The position numbers were made by a program, and so were the translations under genes. From positions 959 to 64,958 of the forward strand of contig CAMMVF010000014.1 of assembly GCA_946500295.1 (NCBI GenBank): a stretch of DNA of 64,000 bases, written 5' to 3'. Origin of the DNA: an uncultured Clostridia bacterium. GTDB lineage: Bacteria > Bacillota > Clostridia > Oscillospirales > Acutalibacteraceae. Below, one piece after another: positions 37,965-48,241 of the stretch (position 1 is the first letter of the stretch; the number at the start of each line of letters is the position of its first letter). The notes beneath the pieces are model-generated. The model searched no databases, was not told the origin of the DNA, and saw nothing but the letters and a program-made list of their open reading frames with translations.

Positions 37965-40900
37965 TTAAATTTTCATCCGCTTGACCACAACATTCTCCTG
38001 ACCTATCCTTCGTTTCAGTTCTTTTTCAAGCACGGGATTTAAGTGCACCCACATATTTCTCGGGGCTTTTACATATCGTTTTTCGTCTGAAAGATATAAA
38101 ATCAAGGGGGTGGAGCCGTCAAAAACATCGAGCAGCAGCTTTGCCTCGGCATATTCCTGACTTTCAAAGCTCGGCACCTTTAGACACAGGCAGGTTATGC
38201 CGGGAGTTGTATTATTTGCTCCCGAATTATTCATATGCGCAGTTTTAGCCTTAGCTGAAGCGGCGTTTATAAGCTGCTCAATGTGCTCTTTATCGGGAGC
38301 GAGCTTGATAACATTGCACAGCACCTTGGGCTCTTCATCCTCACGGACGCTGACTGTGCCGTGGATATCCACTATATTTCCTTCCAATATTGCGTTTGAT
38401 GACTCTCTCATAGGCTGAGGAAAAACTATAACCTCCATCGAACCGCTCATATCCTCAACTGTTACGAAAGCCATCATGTCGTTCTTTTTCGTGGATTTTA
38501 GCTTTACCGCTGTAATTATAGCGAGCAACCTGACCTGCTGGCCGTCGCGATATGCGCTCTGCTCCGAGTGCTCCACTATTTTTCCTATGGAATCGACTCT
38601 GAGCCTTTTTAAATACGGTGCATATTCCTTCAACGGGTGACCGCTGAGAAACATTCCCGTTGTCTCTCTCTCCATAGTAAGCTTGTCTTTTTCGCTGAAA
38701 TCACTCATTCTCCTCAGATCTATACTGCTCTCGTTTTCGGCATCGCCGAACAGGCTGAGCTGTCCAAACGCCGTATGCTTGCGGTCATATTCAAGACTGT
38801 CCATAACCGTTTGCGCATTCATCAGCATTTCACGCCGATTGAGATCCATCTGGTCGAGCGAACCGCTTTTGATGAGGCTTTCCAGCGCCCTGCTGTTTAA
38901 GCCTCTGCCGCACAGCCTTTTACAGAAATTATAGTAGCTTGTAAAACGACCTCCCTGCTCTCTTTCGGAGATTATAGCTTCAATCACATTCTTGCCGAGG
39001 TTTTTAATAGCAAGCAGCCCGAAACGTATATTGTCCCCCGAAACAGTGAAGCCCATGTTGCTGATATTTACATTGGGAGGAAGAACCCTTATACCGAGCC
39101 TGGCACACTCCGCTGTGTAGGAGGCGAGCTTATTGGGATTGTCGAGAACGCTGGTGAGCAGAGCCGCCAAATATTCCTTCGGATAGTGACACTTCATCCA
39201 CGCTGTTTTGTATGCCACGTTTGCGTACGCCGCCGCGTGTGATTTGTTAAAGGCATAGGAAGCAAAGCTCTCCATCTCGCTAAAAATCGAAAGAGCTACA
39301 GCCCTGTCAACGCCGCGGCGCAGACAACCCTCGACCTCTATATTGCCGTTTTCATCCTGAAGTCCGTTTAAGAATATCTCTTTTTCTCTCTCCATGACGT
39401 CGTGCTTTTTCTTGGACATGGCTCTGCGGACTATATCCGCTCTACCCAGGCTGTAGCCGGCAAGGCTTCTGAATATCTGCATTACCTGCTCCTGATATAC
39501 TATACAGCCGTAGGTTACCTCCAAAATCGGCTTTAGCAGCGGGTGTTTGTAAGTTATGTTGTCCGGGTGGTGACGGTTTTCGATGTACCTCGGGATTGAG
39601 TCCATCGGTCCGGGTCGATAAAGGGAGATTACCGCTATCAAATCCTCTATCGAGTTCGGCTTGAGCTGCATGAGAACATTCTTCATTCCGGCAGACTCAA
39701 ACTGGAACACTCCGTCCGACTGCCCTTTTGAGAGCATATCGAAAACCTCGGGGTCGCTCTCGTCGATATCAGATTGACTGTAATTGGGGTTTGAAGCGAG
39801 TATCATGTCCTCGGCTTCCTTTAGCACGGTAAGATTTCTAAGCCCGAGGAAATCCATCTTCAAAAGCCCCAGCTCCTCAAGGGTAGTCATAGTATATTGA
39901 GTGACTACAGCCTCGTCATTTTTTGCCAGTGGCACATAGGTGCTCACCGGATCTCTGGTAATTACCACGCCGGCGGCGTGGGTGGTGGCGTGGCGGGGCA
40001 TTCCTTCAATCCCTATAGCCGTATCTATTAAAGTCTTGACCTGCTGCTCGTTTTGATACCTCAGCTCAAGCTCCTTGGAAACCTGCAGAGCCTTGCTGAT
40101 AGTCATTCCAAGCTCGTTGGGGACGAGCTTTGCAACAGAATCCACTGCTGCATAGGGCATGCCCAAGGCCCTGCCTACGTCTCTGATCGCTCCCCTTGCA
40201 GCCATTGTACCGAAGGCTATAATCTGGGCGACATGATCAGCGCCGTATTTTCTGATTACATAGTCGATGACCTCCTGCCGTCTGTCCTTGCAGAAGTCAA
40301 CGTCGAAATCCGGCATACTGACTCGCTCCGGGTTTAAGAATCTTTCAAACAGGAGGTTGTACTTTATGGGGTCGATTCCTGTGATACCCATACAGTATGC
40401 CGCCAGGCTTCCCGCACCCGAGCCTCTGCCCGGGCCTACGGGAATATCCTGTGATTTAGCGTAATTTATAAAGTCACCGACTATCAAAAAGTAGTCTGTA
40501 TAACCCATCTCCTTGATAATCGAAAGCTCATAGTCGAGCCTTTGACATATTTCTTTATCCGGCTTTTCGCCGTAGCGCTCATGCAGCCCTTTTACACACA
40601 GATCCTTAAAATACTCAAAGTGGTCTAAATTGTCCGGAACCTCAAAATGCGGCAGCTTTGTCTTTCCAAATTCAAACTCGACATTGCATCTTTCCGCTAT
40701 TTCAACCGTATTGTCGGCAGCCTGCGGACATTCGGGAAACAGTGAGCGCATCTCCTGCTCTGATTTCAAGTAAAACTCGTCTGTTGTAAACTCCATCTTA
40801 TCCGGATCACTCATAGTGTGGTTGGTCTGAATACACAACAGAATTTGATGAAGATAGGAATCCTCTTTTTTTATATAGTGGCAATCGTTCGTCATTACAA

Positions 40901-41498
40901 GCGGAATTCCTGTCTGCTCGGAAATCTTTATCAAATGTTCCGCTACGTTTGCCTCCATATCAATATTGTGATTTTGCAGCTCAAGGTAGAAATTCCCCTG
41001 TCCGAAAAGCTCGTTATAGTATATCGCTTTTTTCCTTGCACCCTCTATATTCCCGGAGCTGATTAATCTGGGTATCTCACCCGCAAGGCAGGCGGAAAGG
41101 CAGATCAACCCCTCGTGGTGGCTTTCAAGCAGACTGTCGTCAATCCTAGGTTTGTTATAAAACCCCTCTATCCAAGCTTGGGACAGGATTTGGGCGAGAT
41201 TTTTGTAGCCTGTGTTATTCTCGCAAAGCAGCACCATATGATAATTCGCACGGTCGAGCTCGCCGTTTTTATCAAATCTGCTGTTCGGCGCCACATAGAC
41301 CTCGCAGCCAATGATCGGCTTCACTCCGTACTTTTTACACAGCTTATAAAAATCCACGGCACTGTACATAGCACCGTGGTCAGTAACCGCTACAGCGTCC
41401 ATTCCCATTTCTTTGACTGTTTTGACAAACGGCTCCAGCCTGCACGCTCCGTCAAGCAGGCTGTACTCGCTGTGGTTGTGAAGATGAACAAAAGCCAT
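37965..41498 (-). CDS. dnaE: DNA polymerase III alpha subunit
   Basis: FVHLHNHSEYS PHP domain, GPGRGS, MPDFDVDF, FNKSHAAAY. Confidence 0.97.
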   Translation of the reverse strand: MAFVHLHNHSEYSLLDGACRLEPFVKTVKEMGMDAVAVTDHGAMYSAVDFYKLCKKYGVKPIIGCEVYVAPNSRFDKNGELDRANYHMVLLCENNTGYKNLAQILSQAWIEGFYNKPRIDDSLLESHHEGLICLSACLAGEIPRLISSGNIEGARKKAIYYNELFGQGNFYLELQNHNIDMEANVAEHLIKISEQTGIPLVMTNDCHYIKKEDSYLHQILLCIQTNHTMSDPDKMEFTTDEFYLKSEQEMRSLFPECPQAADNTVEIAERCNVEFEFGKTKLPHFEVPDNLDHFEYFKDLCVKGLHERYGEKPDKEICQRLDYELSIIKEMGYTDYFLIVGDFINYAKSQDIPVGPGRGSGAGSLAAYCMGITGIDPIKYNLLFERFLNPERVSMPDFDVDFCKDRRQEVIDYVIRKYGADHVAQIIAFGTMAARGAIRDVGRALGMPYAAVDSVAKLVPNELGMTISKALQVSKELELRYQNEQQVKTLIDTAIGIEGMPRHATTHAAGVVITRDPVSTYVPLAKNDEAVVTQYTMTTLEELGLLKMDFLGLRNLTVLKEAEDMILASNPNYSQSDIDESDPEVFDMLSKGQSDGVFQFESAGMKNVLMQLKPNSIEDLIAVISLYRPGPMDSIPRYIENRHHPDNITYKHPLLKPILEVTYGCIVYQEQVMQIFRSLAGYSLGRADIVRRAMSKKKHDVMEREKEIFLNGLQDENGNIEVEGCLRRGVDRAVALSIFSEMESFASYAFNKSHAAAYANVAYKTAWMKCHYPKEYLAALLTSVLDNPNKLASYTAECARLGIRVLPPNVNISNMGFTVSGDNIRFGLLAIKNLGKNVIEAIISEREQGGRFTSYYNFCKRLCGRGLNSRALESLIKSGSLDQMDLNRREMLMNAQTVMDSLEYDRKHTAFGQLSLFGDAENESSIDLRRMSDFSEKDKLTMERETTGMFLSGHPLKEYAPYLKRLRVDSIGKIVEHSEQSAYRDGQQVRLLAIITAVKLKSTKKNDMMAFVTVEDMSGSMEVIVFPQPMRESSNAILEGNIVDIHGTVSVREDEEPKVLCNVIKLAPDKEHIEQLINAASAKAKTAHMNNSGANNTTPGITCLCLKVPSFESQEYAEAKLLLDVFDGSTPLILYLSDEKRYVKAPRNMWVHLNPVLEKELKRRIGQENVVVKRMKI

Positions 41499-41507
41499 GA
41501 CTTCCTC

Positions 41508-42425
41508 CTATATTTCCTCGGCTATCTCAAGTATCCTCTTCATTCTGTGATTCGCTCCGCTTCGGCTGATCGGCGGCGAGAGCAGCTCGCCCAAGTCTCT
41601 GAGCGAATGTTCGGGATTTTCAAGCCGAAGCTGTGCTATACTCTTTAAATCATCGGGCAGGGAGTCAAGCCCCCGCACCCTCTTTATCTTCTCTATCGCC
41701 TCTATCTGCACTGCGCTCGCCTTGGCTGTTTTGTTGATATTTGCAATTTCAGAATTTGTCTTTCTGTTTACAGAATTTCTTATACTCTTTAAAATTTTCT
41801 CCTGCATCAGTTCCATAGACGCAAGCGGCGCTCCGATAAATGCGAGGAGGTCGGCTATCTCCTCGCTGTCCTTGATATAGGCGATAAACATTCCCTTGCG
41901 GTTTAGCTGTCTCGGCTCCCTGCTGCGGGGAGAAACCTCGGAAATAAGCCTGCACAAATCCATGCAAAGGTTTTTATATGGAACCGAGAACTCCAGATGA
42001 TAGTCCTTTTTCGGGTCGGACACACTTCCGCAGCACAGAAACACTCCCCTCAAAAAGGCGGCTACTGCTCCCTCATCCTCGAGATTTGCCCTGTTTATAC
42101 GCAAATTAATATCACGGGACGAATGACCCAGCTCGGAATAAATTCTGCGGCAGTCATCCTCAAGCGGAATACTCAGAGTAAAGAGGCGGCTTTGGTCTTT
42201 CTTGCCGGTAAGCGCAGTCTTTTTCTCTGTTATTGCCTGAAAGCTTGAGCTGATGAGCTCTGAAAACCTTGAGGCGGTGTAGGGATTTTCAGTGCTGAAC
42301 ACCATTTTACTCTCCGAAAAAACCTTCGCAAAAAGCAAAAAGCCGTAGCACTCCGCACGGCTACAGCTGACGCTTTGGCTGTCGCAGCTGCACAGTTCTT
42401 TTTTTGCTTCAAATGAAAATGACAT
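41508..42425 (-). CDS. whiA: DNA-binding protein WhiA
   Basis: FLRGVFL..GSVSDPKKDYHLEF, NRKTN.E.AN, SRSGANHR. Confidence 0.92.
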   Translation of the reverse strand: MSFSFEAKKELCSCDSQSVSCSRAECYGFLLFAKVFSESKMVFSTENPYTASRFSELISSSFQAITEKKTALTGKKDQSRLFTLSIPLEDDCRRIYSELGHSSRDINLRINRANLEDEGAVAAFLRGVFLCCGSVSDPKKDYHLEFSVPYKNLCMDLCRLISEVSPRSREPRQLNRKGMFIAYIKDSEEIADLLAFIGAPLASMELMQEKILKSIRNSVNRKTNSEIANINKTAKASAVQIEAIEKIKRVRGLDSLPDDLKSIAQLRLENPEHSLRDLGELLSPPISRSGANHRMKRILEIAEEI

Positions 42426-42436
42426 AGTCTCAGTCC

Positions 42437-43300
42437 TTACGCTTTACGAATATCCCTGTGATGAACCGCAGCAGGCTGACCGATTTCAATCAGATGTTCG
42501 TACATCTTTCCTGCCAAGGTAACGCTGCGGTGCTTGCCGCCGGTACAGCCGAAGGCCATTATCAGCTGGCTTTTCCCCTCCTTGATGTATAAAGAGAGGG
42601 CATAGTCAATATAATCCTCTATCTTCTTGTATAGGGTTTGGGTCTGCTCCCACTTAAGTACATATTCCCTGACCTCGCTGTCAAGACCTGTTTTATATTT
42701 AAGCTCCTCAACATAAAACGGGTTTGGCAGGCAGCGCACATCAAATACCAAATCCGCCTCCATGGGCAACCCGTACTTGAATCCGAACGACATACAGGTA
42801 ACGGTAAAGCCGAGGCGTCCGTCTCCCAAAAAGAGGGTGGATATCCGCTCCTTGAGCTGAGCCGCTGATAGGTTGGTTGTATCTATAACATAATCCGCGG
42901 CAGATTTTATCGGCTTTAACAGTTCCTCTTCTACCCTGACCGCACCGACTGTAGAATTTATCTCCTTGCCGGAAAGAGGGTGTCTGCGGCGGGTTGATTT
43001 ATATCGGGTTAACAGCACGTTTTCCGATGCGTCCAAAAACAACACCTTAAAGCGCTTATTTTCAACCTTGAGCTTTAAAAGGTTATCTGTATAGAGCCGA
43101 TAGTCGTCTTGATTTCTGATATTTGTAACCAGCGCTACCCTCTTCATCCTCTCGTCGCTTGAATTTGAACAGAGGTCATAGAAGGTTGTTATCAGTGCGG
43201 CAGGAAGATTATCAACACAGTAAAAGCCTATATCCTCAAGCGAGTGCATAGCGACCGTCTTGCCTGCGCCCGAAAGTCCTGAAATAATTAAAAACTCCAT
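42437..43300 (-). CDS. rapZ: RNase adapter RapZ (YvcJ)
   Basis: SGLSGAGKT, VDNLP, SFGFKYG, GCTGGKHRSV. Confidence 0.95.
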   Translation of the reverse strand: MEFLIISGLSGAGKTVAMHSLEDIGFYCVDNLPAALITTFYDLCSNSSDERMKRVALVTNIRNQDDYRLYTDNLLKLKVENKRFKVLFLDASENVLLTRYKSTRRRHPLSGKEINSTVGAVRVEEELLKPIKSAADYVIDTTNLSAAQLKERISTLFLGDGRLGFTVTCMSFGFKYGLPMEADLVFDVRCLPNPFYVEELKYKTGLDSEVREYVLKWEQTQTLYKKIEDYIDYALSLYIKEGKSQLIMAFGCTGGKHRSVTLAGKMYEHLIEIGQPAAVHHRDIRKA

Positions 43301-43314
43301 TATATCGCCTCCTG

Positions 43315-44226
43315 TTACAGCTTGCCGACCGGTCTTACCTCACACTCCAGCTCAACGCCGAATTTATCCTTTACAGTTGATTTAATATGTTCTATAAGCT
43401 TCAGCACATCATCACAGCTTGCATTGTCGTTGTTTACTATAAAGCCAGAGTGTTTGGGGCTTACCATTGCCCCGCCGACAGAATATCCTTTAAGGCCGCA
43501 ATCCTGAATCAAAGCTCCTGCAAAATATCCCTCGGGTCGCTTAAAAATACTGCCCGCACTGGGATACTCCAGCGGCTGCTTATCCTTGCGCCTTTGCATA
43601 TAATCGTCCATGCGGCGGCTTATCTCAGCTTTGGAATCCTTATGAAGCCTGACGGTGATTCCGGTGATTATATGGCCGTTTTCCGCATAGGCGCTGTGAC
43701 GATAACCAAGACCGAGCTCATCTCCGGTCAAAGCTCCGCACTCCCCCGAACGAGTGATGTGGTTTGCCTGAAACATGATATCCTTCATTTCTCCGCCGTA
43801 CGCCCCTGCATTCATAAAAGCGGCTCCGCCCACGCTGCCCGGAATCCCCCAGGCAAACTCAAGCCCCGACAGTCCGTTGTCACAGGCATAGCGGCACAGG
43901 CTTGCAAGACTTGCCGCAGCCCCGCAGTAGATTGTATCGTCCTCGACAAGCGTCATTTTCTTAAAATCTCCGTCGAGCTTTATCACCACCGAGTCAATTC
44001 CCTTGTCAGAAACCAGAAGATTTGAACCCTTGCCCAGAACAAATACCGAAGCCTTGAGCTCATCGCATTTTTTTAGTAGCGCTTTAAGCGCAGAAAGACT
44101 CGGCACGAAAATCAGCAACCGAGCCGCTCCTCCGATTTTAAAGGTGGTGTAGCGGCTCATCGGCTCGTTTTCACGCACGGTACAGCCCTTTGAAAGTGCC
44201 AGCTGCTTTATATTCTCAAAATCCAT
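43315..44226 (-). CDS. murB: UDP-N-acetylmuramate dehydrogenase
   Basis: TTFKIGG, GKGSNLL, GIPGSVGG..MNAGAYGGE, QPLEYPSAGS. Confidence 0.95.
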   Translation of the reverse strand: MDFENIKQLALSKGCTVRENEPMSRYTTFKIGGAARLLIFVPSLSALKALLKKCDELKASVFVLGKGSNLLVSDKGIDSVVIKLDGDFKKMTLVEDDTIYCGAAASLASLCRYACDNGLSGLEFAWGIPGSVGGAAFMNAGAYGGEMKDIMFQANHITRSGECGALTGDELGLGYRHSAYAENGHIITGITVRLHKDSKAEISRRMDDYMQRRKDKQPLEYPSAGSIFKRPEGYFAGALIQDCGLKGYSVGGAMVSPKHSGFIVNNDNASCDDVLKLIEHIKSTVKDKFGVELECEVRPVGKL

Positions 44227-44242
44227 AATAAATTTCTCCCAG

Positions 44243-44962
44243 TTATACAGAGATTCCGTTTTTAATCAGAAAGCTCTTAAAACGGTCCTCATCCGAATTT
44301 ACAATCAGTTCCTCAGGAAAATCAATCTCCTTCAAAAGTTTTAGCGCTTGAGGGCAGTCGCCAACCTTTGACGAAAAATGAGCGTCTGAATTGACAACTA
44401 TCATAGCTCCGAATTTCTTGCATACCTTTGCAATTTCCAAGCAGTTTTTACAAGAGGACTTTCGGAAATAGAAGCTGTTGTTATTTATCTCGACAAGCTT
44501 TCCCTTTTCAGCGAATACGGGAATAACCCTTTCATAGTCGTATTTATACTCTGGAGTGCCCGAGTGGCCTATAACCTTGACATAGGGATTATCGGCAAGC
44601 TTGAGATAAGCATTGGTGCAGGAGTCTATATCCGGCTTGCCGGAGCACAATCCTCCGTGGATTGACGCCACTACCCACTCCAAAGAGGATAAAACCTCCG
44701 GCGTCATGTCCAAGTTGCCGTCTAGATCCATGACGTTTGCCTCAACCCCCTTGAGCACTCTAACCCCGTTTACATATTTTGGAATAGCACCGAGGGATTC
44801 AAAAAACCACGGCCCCGGAGAACCGGGCATGGCATAGCCGTGGTCAGTAAGCGCAATAGCGTAAAGCCCCTGCTTTGCAGCGGCTGCTATCATCTCCTGC
44901 GCCGTTGAGTAGGCGTGGGTAGAGGAGATAGTGTGAGTATGGGTATCTGCTATTAATTTCAT
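44243..44962 (-). CDS. PHP-domain phosphatase (YcdX-like)
   Basis: DTHTHT, TDHG, GVEAN, NSDAH. Confidence 0.85.
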   Translation of the reverse strand: MKLIADTHTHTISSTHAYSTAQEMIAAAAKQGLYAIALTDHGYAMPGSPGPWFFESLGAIPKYVNGVRVLKGVEANVMDLDGNLDMTPEVLSSLEWVVASIHGGLCSGKPDIDSCTNAYLKLADNPYVKVIGHSGTPEYKYDYERVIPVFAEKGKLVEINNNSFYFRKSSCKNCLEIAKVCKKFGAMIVVNSDAHFSSKVGDCPQALKLLKEIDFPEELIVNSDEDRFKSFLIKNGISV

Positions 44963-44966
44963 CTTA

Positions 44967-45941
44967 TCACAACCAATTTATATTAGTTTTTCCGTCCTTG
45001 CCGCCCGGCTCAACCTCCATACCGAGGCTTGCCAAAAGCTCCTGTGCGGCGTTGTAGCCCATCTTCTTTTGTCTATTATTCATCGCCGCTACCTCGATTA
45101 TTACGGCTGTATTACGTCCGGGCTTGATGGGGATAGTAAGAATTGGCACGTTTATACCCAAAATCTCCGTGTACTCATTATCTATGCCCATTCTATCATA
45201 AACCTTGGTGCTGTCCCAAGCCTCCATATTTATGACGATATCTATTTTTTCCGTGAGCTTTACAGCGCCCATACCAAAAATGCGCCTGGCGTTGATAATA
45301 CCAACGCCTCTGAGCTCTATAAAGTGACGGATATTTTCAGGAGAAGTGCCGACCAACGACTTGCTTGAAACACGCCTTATCTCAACTGCATCATCAGCAA
45401 TAAGTCTGTGTCCTCTCTTTATAAGCTCGATGGCCGTCTCGCTTTTGCCTACGCCGCTGTCTCCGATGAGCAATATACCCTCACCGTAAACCTCAACAAG
45501 CACTCCGTGTCTGGTAACTCTGGGAGCAAGCTGTACATTTAGGTATGACACAAGAGACGCGCTCAGGTTCGAGGTGGTATCTGTCGAACGCAAAACCGGA
45601 ACCTTGTGCATACGAGCCGCTTTCATCAGCTCGTCTAAGGGCTGGATATTTCTGGTAACAATAATAGCCGGAGGCCCTAATTTGCAGATACGCTCCAGTA
45701 CGTGGAATTTCTGTTCGCTTCCGAATTTATTCAAAAAACCCGTCTCTGTATTTCCTATCAACATTATTCTCTGCGGGTCAAAAAAGTCCATAAAGCCCGT
45801 AAGCTCCAGCCCGGGACGGTTGATATCACGGGAAGATATCAGTATTTCTTTAGTATCACAGGGGGTATATTCTGTTTCGAGCGAAAGCTCCTTAATTATT
45901 TCAAACAGTGGAACTGTAAAGGTGGAATCCATTTCTACCAT
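44967..45941 (-). CDS. hprK: HPr kinase/phosphorylase
   Basis: NRPGLEL, GDSGVGKSE, LIADDAV, IKPGRN. Confidence 0.95.
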   Translation of the reverse strand: MVEMDSTFTVPLFEIIKELSLETEYTPCDTKEILISSRDINRPGLELTGFMDFFDPQRIMLIGNTETGFLNKFGSEQKFHVLERICKLGPPAIIVTRNIQPLDELMKAARMHKVPVLRSTDTTSNLSASLVSYLNVQLAPRVTRHGVLVEVYGEGILLIGDSGVGKSETAIELIKRGHRLIADDAVEIRRVSSKSLVGTSPENIRHFIELRGVGIINARRIFGMGAVKLTEKIDIVINMEAWDSTKVYDRMGIDNEYTEILGINVPILTIPIKPGRNTAVIIEVAAMNNRQKKMGYNAAQELLASLGMEVEPGGKDGKTNINWL

Positions 45942-46017
45942 CCTTTCACCGGATAAATTTATTCAATTTTATTATACCTTATCACAGAAAAAATTAAAAG
46001 AGAAATTTATCTTTTTA

Positions 46018-46554
46018 TTAACTTTTGTTTGTACCGCTCCCAAGACCTCTGTCCAAGGTATTGAGCACTTTACAAAGAGGCGGAACGCATACGCCCGCGA
46101 CAAACCCGGTCACAGTTCCTGCGGCAATGGAAAGCAGCAAATAAAGCCATAGGAAGCTAAACACCCTGATATCCCACATAATCAACGCGGCAGCCGCAAG
46201 CTGAGCTGTGTTGTGGGCGGCAGCTGAGGCTATCGACACCCCGACATAGCCAAATTGTTTGATGTAAAACAATAATAGCATAACCGCCAGGCTCACTGCT
46301 CCTCCGCAAAAACTCATAAACCCCGCCATTACACCTCTGGCGACAAGTATAAACAATGATTTGACCACACAGACGCTGACCGCTCCGCCTGCTCCGACTA
46401 TCGGTATAGCAACAATCACGGCAAGGTTAGCAAGCCCGAGCCTGCATCCCGGCAAAAAGAATATCGGGACTGGCAGCGCTGACTCAAGCATAGACAGCAC
46501 GACCGCCGCAGCACACAGCAAAGCGCAGCGAGTGAGTTTTAAAGATTTTTTCAT
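46018..46554 (-). CDS. Gx transporter family (heptaprenyl diphosphate synthase component I-like) membrane protein
   Basis: LGLANL, GVSIASAAAHNTAQL. Confidence 0.8.
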   Translation of the reverse strand: MKKSLKLTRCALLCAAAVVLSMLESALPVPIFFLPGCRLGLANLAVIVAIPIVGAGGAVSVCVVKSLFILVARGVMAGFMSFCGGAVSLAVMLLLFYIKQFGYVGVSIASAAAHNTAQLAAAALIMWDIRVFSFLWLYLLLSIAAGTVTGFVAGVCVPPLCKVLNTLDRGLGSGTNKS

Positions 46555-46558
46555 TTCA

Positions 46559-46954
46559 TCACCCCACTACTGCATCGACTTCATTTGAGTCACCCTCTAG
46601 GGTAATTGATATCCTTCCGGGCAGGCAGATAATACTCTGAGATGTATTAGTTATCAGCCCCGTCTTTTCGCACAGCTTATCCGGGCAATTTGGAGAGCGA
46701 ACGCTGACCCCATCAGCTATAACCAGAGTAAGCTCTATACCGTTTTCGCCCTTTATTTCATACTCTCCGTTTTCACTATAGGGATACTCGGCGGTGATTT
46801 CACCGTTCACTCTCACCACTACCATATTGGCAGACGAGGTGTTTTTCACAGCAACTAAAAACGAGACCGCAGCAATGGCAATAACTGCGGCGATGATTAT
46901 TATATCCGTTTTTCTGAAAATTGGGATTTTATCCAAATTTGTCTTTGCTTTCAT
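46559..46954 (-). CDS. NusG domain II-containing protein
   Basis: N-terminal TM; CPDKLC..G.I......IICLP. Confidence 0.85.
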   Translation of the reverse strand: MKAKTNLDKIPIFRKTDIIIIAAVIAIAAVSFLVAVKNTSSANMVVVRVNGEITAEYPYSENGEYEIKGENGIELTLVIADGVSVRSPNCPDKLCEKTGLITNTSQSIICLPGRISITLEGDSNEVDAVVG

Positions 46955-47151
46955 CTTATCACCTGTCTCGTTTATTACAGTAAGCAACTGTACAATCGGG
47001 GAAGCGTTTCCGATTGCATAGACGGATAAAAAGTTCACCTACGTCTCTGACATCTTCCGCACACATTCTCTATGCCTGCACTCAGCAGCTTACCCTCTCG
47101 GCTTAGAAATAAGCCCCTCGACACCATGTCTGCCGAGGAGCTCTATCCTGA

Positions 47152-48126
47152 TTATTCGTTGTCAGAAATAAACTTGTAAAAATTGCAGTAGTCCGTGCGT
47201 CCATCGGCGGTAAACTTCATAGCTTCCCTCGGGTGTTGGTTTAACTGCCCTGTAATCATAAATTGAATATCATATCCCCATTTAACCCCCTGAGCCTTGA
47301 GAGGAAGGATATATTTTTCGATAAAGGTCAGCAGAGCATAGAGACTGTACTTGGGATTTCTCAAAAATCCGAGCAAAAGCTCCATTGCACAGTTTCCTGC
47401 ACCCCTTCCCATTCCGCTGGCGGTAGCGTCGAGGTAGCTTACTCCGTAAGACATTGTTTCAATCGTGTTTGCAAAGGCGAGGTTTTGGTTGTTGTGTGCG
47501 TGGAAACCGATGAGCTTGTTGTATTTCTCGCCGTACTCTACATACTTTTGAGCGAGCTCAGCCGCCGACTCAGGGTAAAAATAACCGTAGGAATCGACAA
47601 GGTAGATGACATCTACACAGCTTTGGCCGAGCATATCCAAAGCCGACTCGATTTGAGACTCGTTCGCCTGACTTACAGCCATGATATTGCAGCTGGTCTC
47701 ATAACCGAGGTCGTGAAAATACTGAATCATCTCCAGCGCAGCAGGAATCTGATGGATATAGCAGGCAACCCTGACCATATCTATTACGCTTTCGGATTTG
47801 GGGAGAAAGTCGTTGCGAAAATCACATCTGCCAACGTCCGCCATAACCGCAATCTTCATCGGACTTTCGTTATTGCCGACAACGGAGCGCAGCGCCTCCT
47901 CGTCGCAGAACTTCCACTTGCCAAAATCGCTCTCGTTAAAAAGCTTTTTGGAGGCCTTGTATCCAAACTCCATGTAGTCAACTCCGCACTCGATATTGGT
48001 CTTGTACAGGCTTTTTACAAACTCATCGGTGAACTCAAAGTTGTTGCAAAGTCCTCCGTCTCTTATCGTTGCGTCAACGACCTTAATATCAGGTCTTACT
48101 GTCATTAAATTTCCTTTTCTTGCCAT
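47152..48126 (-). CDS. DRE-TIM (HMGL-like) aldolase-domain protein
   Basis: DATIRDGG, GFHAHNNQNLAFAN, GMGRGAGN. Confidence 0.8.
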   Translation of the reverse strand: MARKGNLMTVRPDIKVVDATIRDGGLCNNFEFTDEFVKSLYKTNIECGVDYMEFGYKASKKLFNESDFGKWKFCDEEALRSVVGNNESPMKIAVMADVGRCDFRNDFLPKSESVIDMVRVACYIHQIPAALEMIQYFHDLGYETSCNIMAVSQANESQIESALDMLGQSCVDVIYLVDSYGYFYPESAAELAQKYVEYGEKYNKLIGFHAHNNQNLAFANTIETMSYGVSYLDATASGMGRGAGNCAMELLLGFLRNPKYSLYALLTFIEKYILPLKAQGVKWGYDIQFMITGQLNQHPREAMKFTADGRTDYCNFYKFISDNE

Positions 48127-48241
48127 AATGCTTCCTTTCCAATTCAACGGCAGCGCCGTTTATCTATTTCACTTTAGCGCTTTTAAGCGTTTATGTATTA
48201 AAGTTTACACCCTAAATTCAAATGTGTCAAGTAAATGATGC

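Noticed and set aside
47263-48108. 281-aa plus-strand ORF
   Set aside because: Antisense shadow of the aldolase-domain gene.
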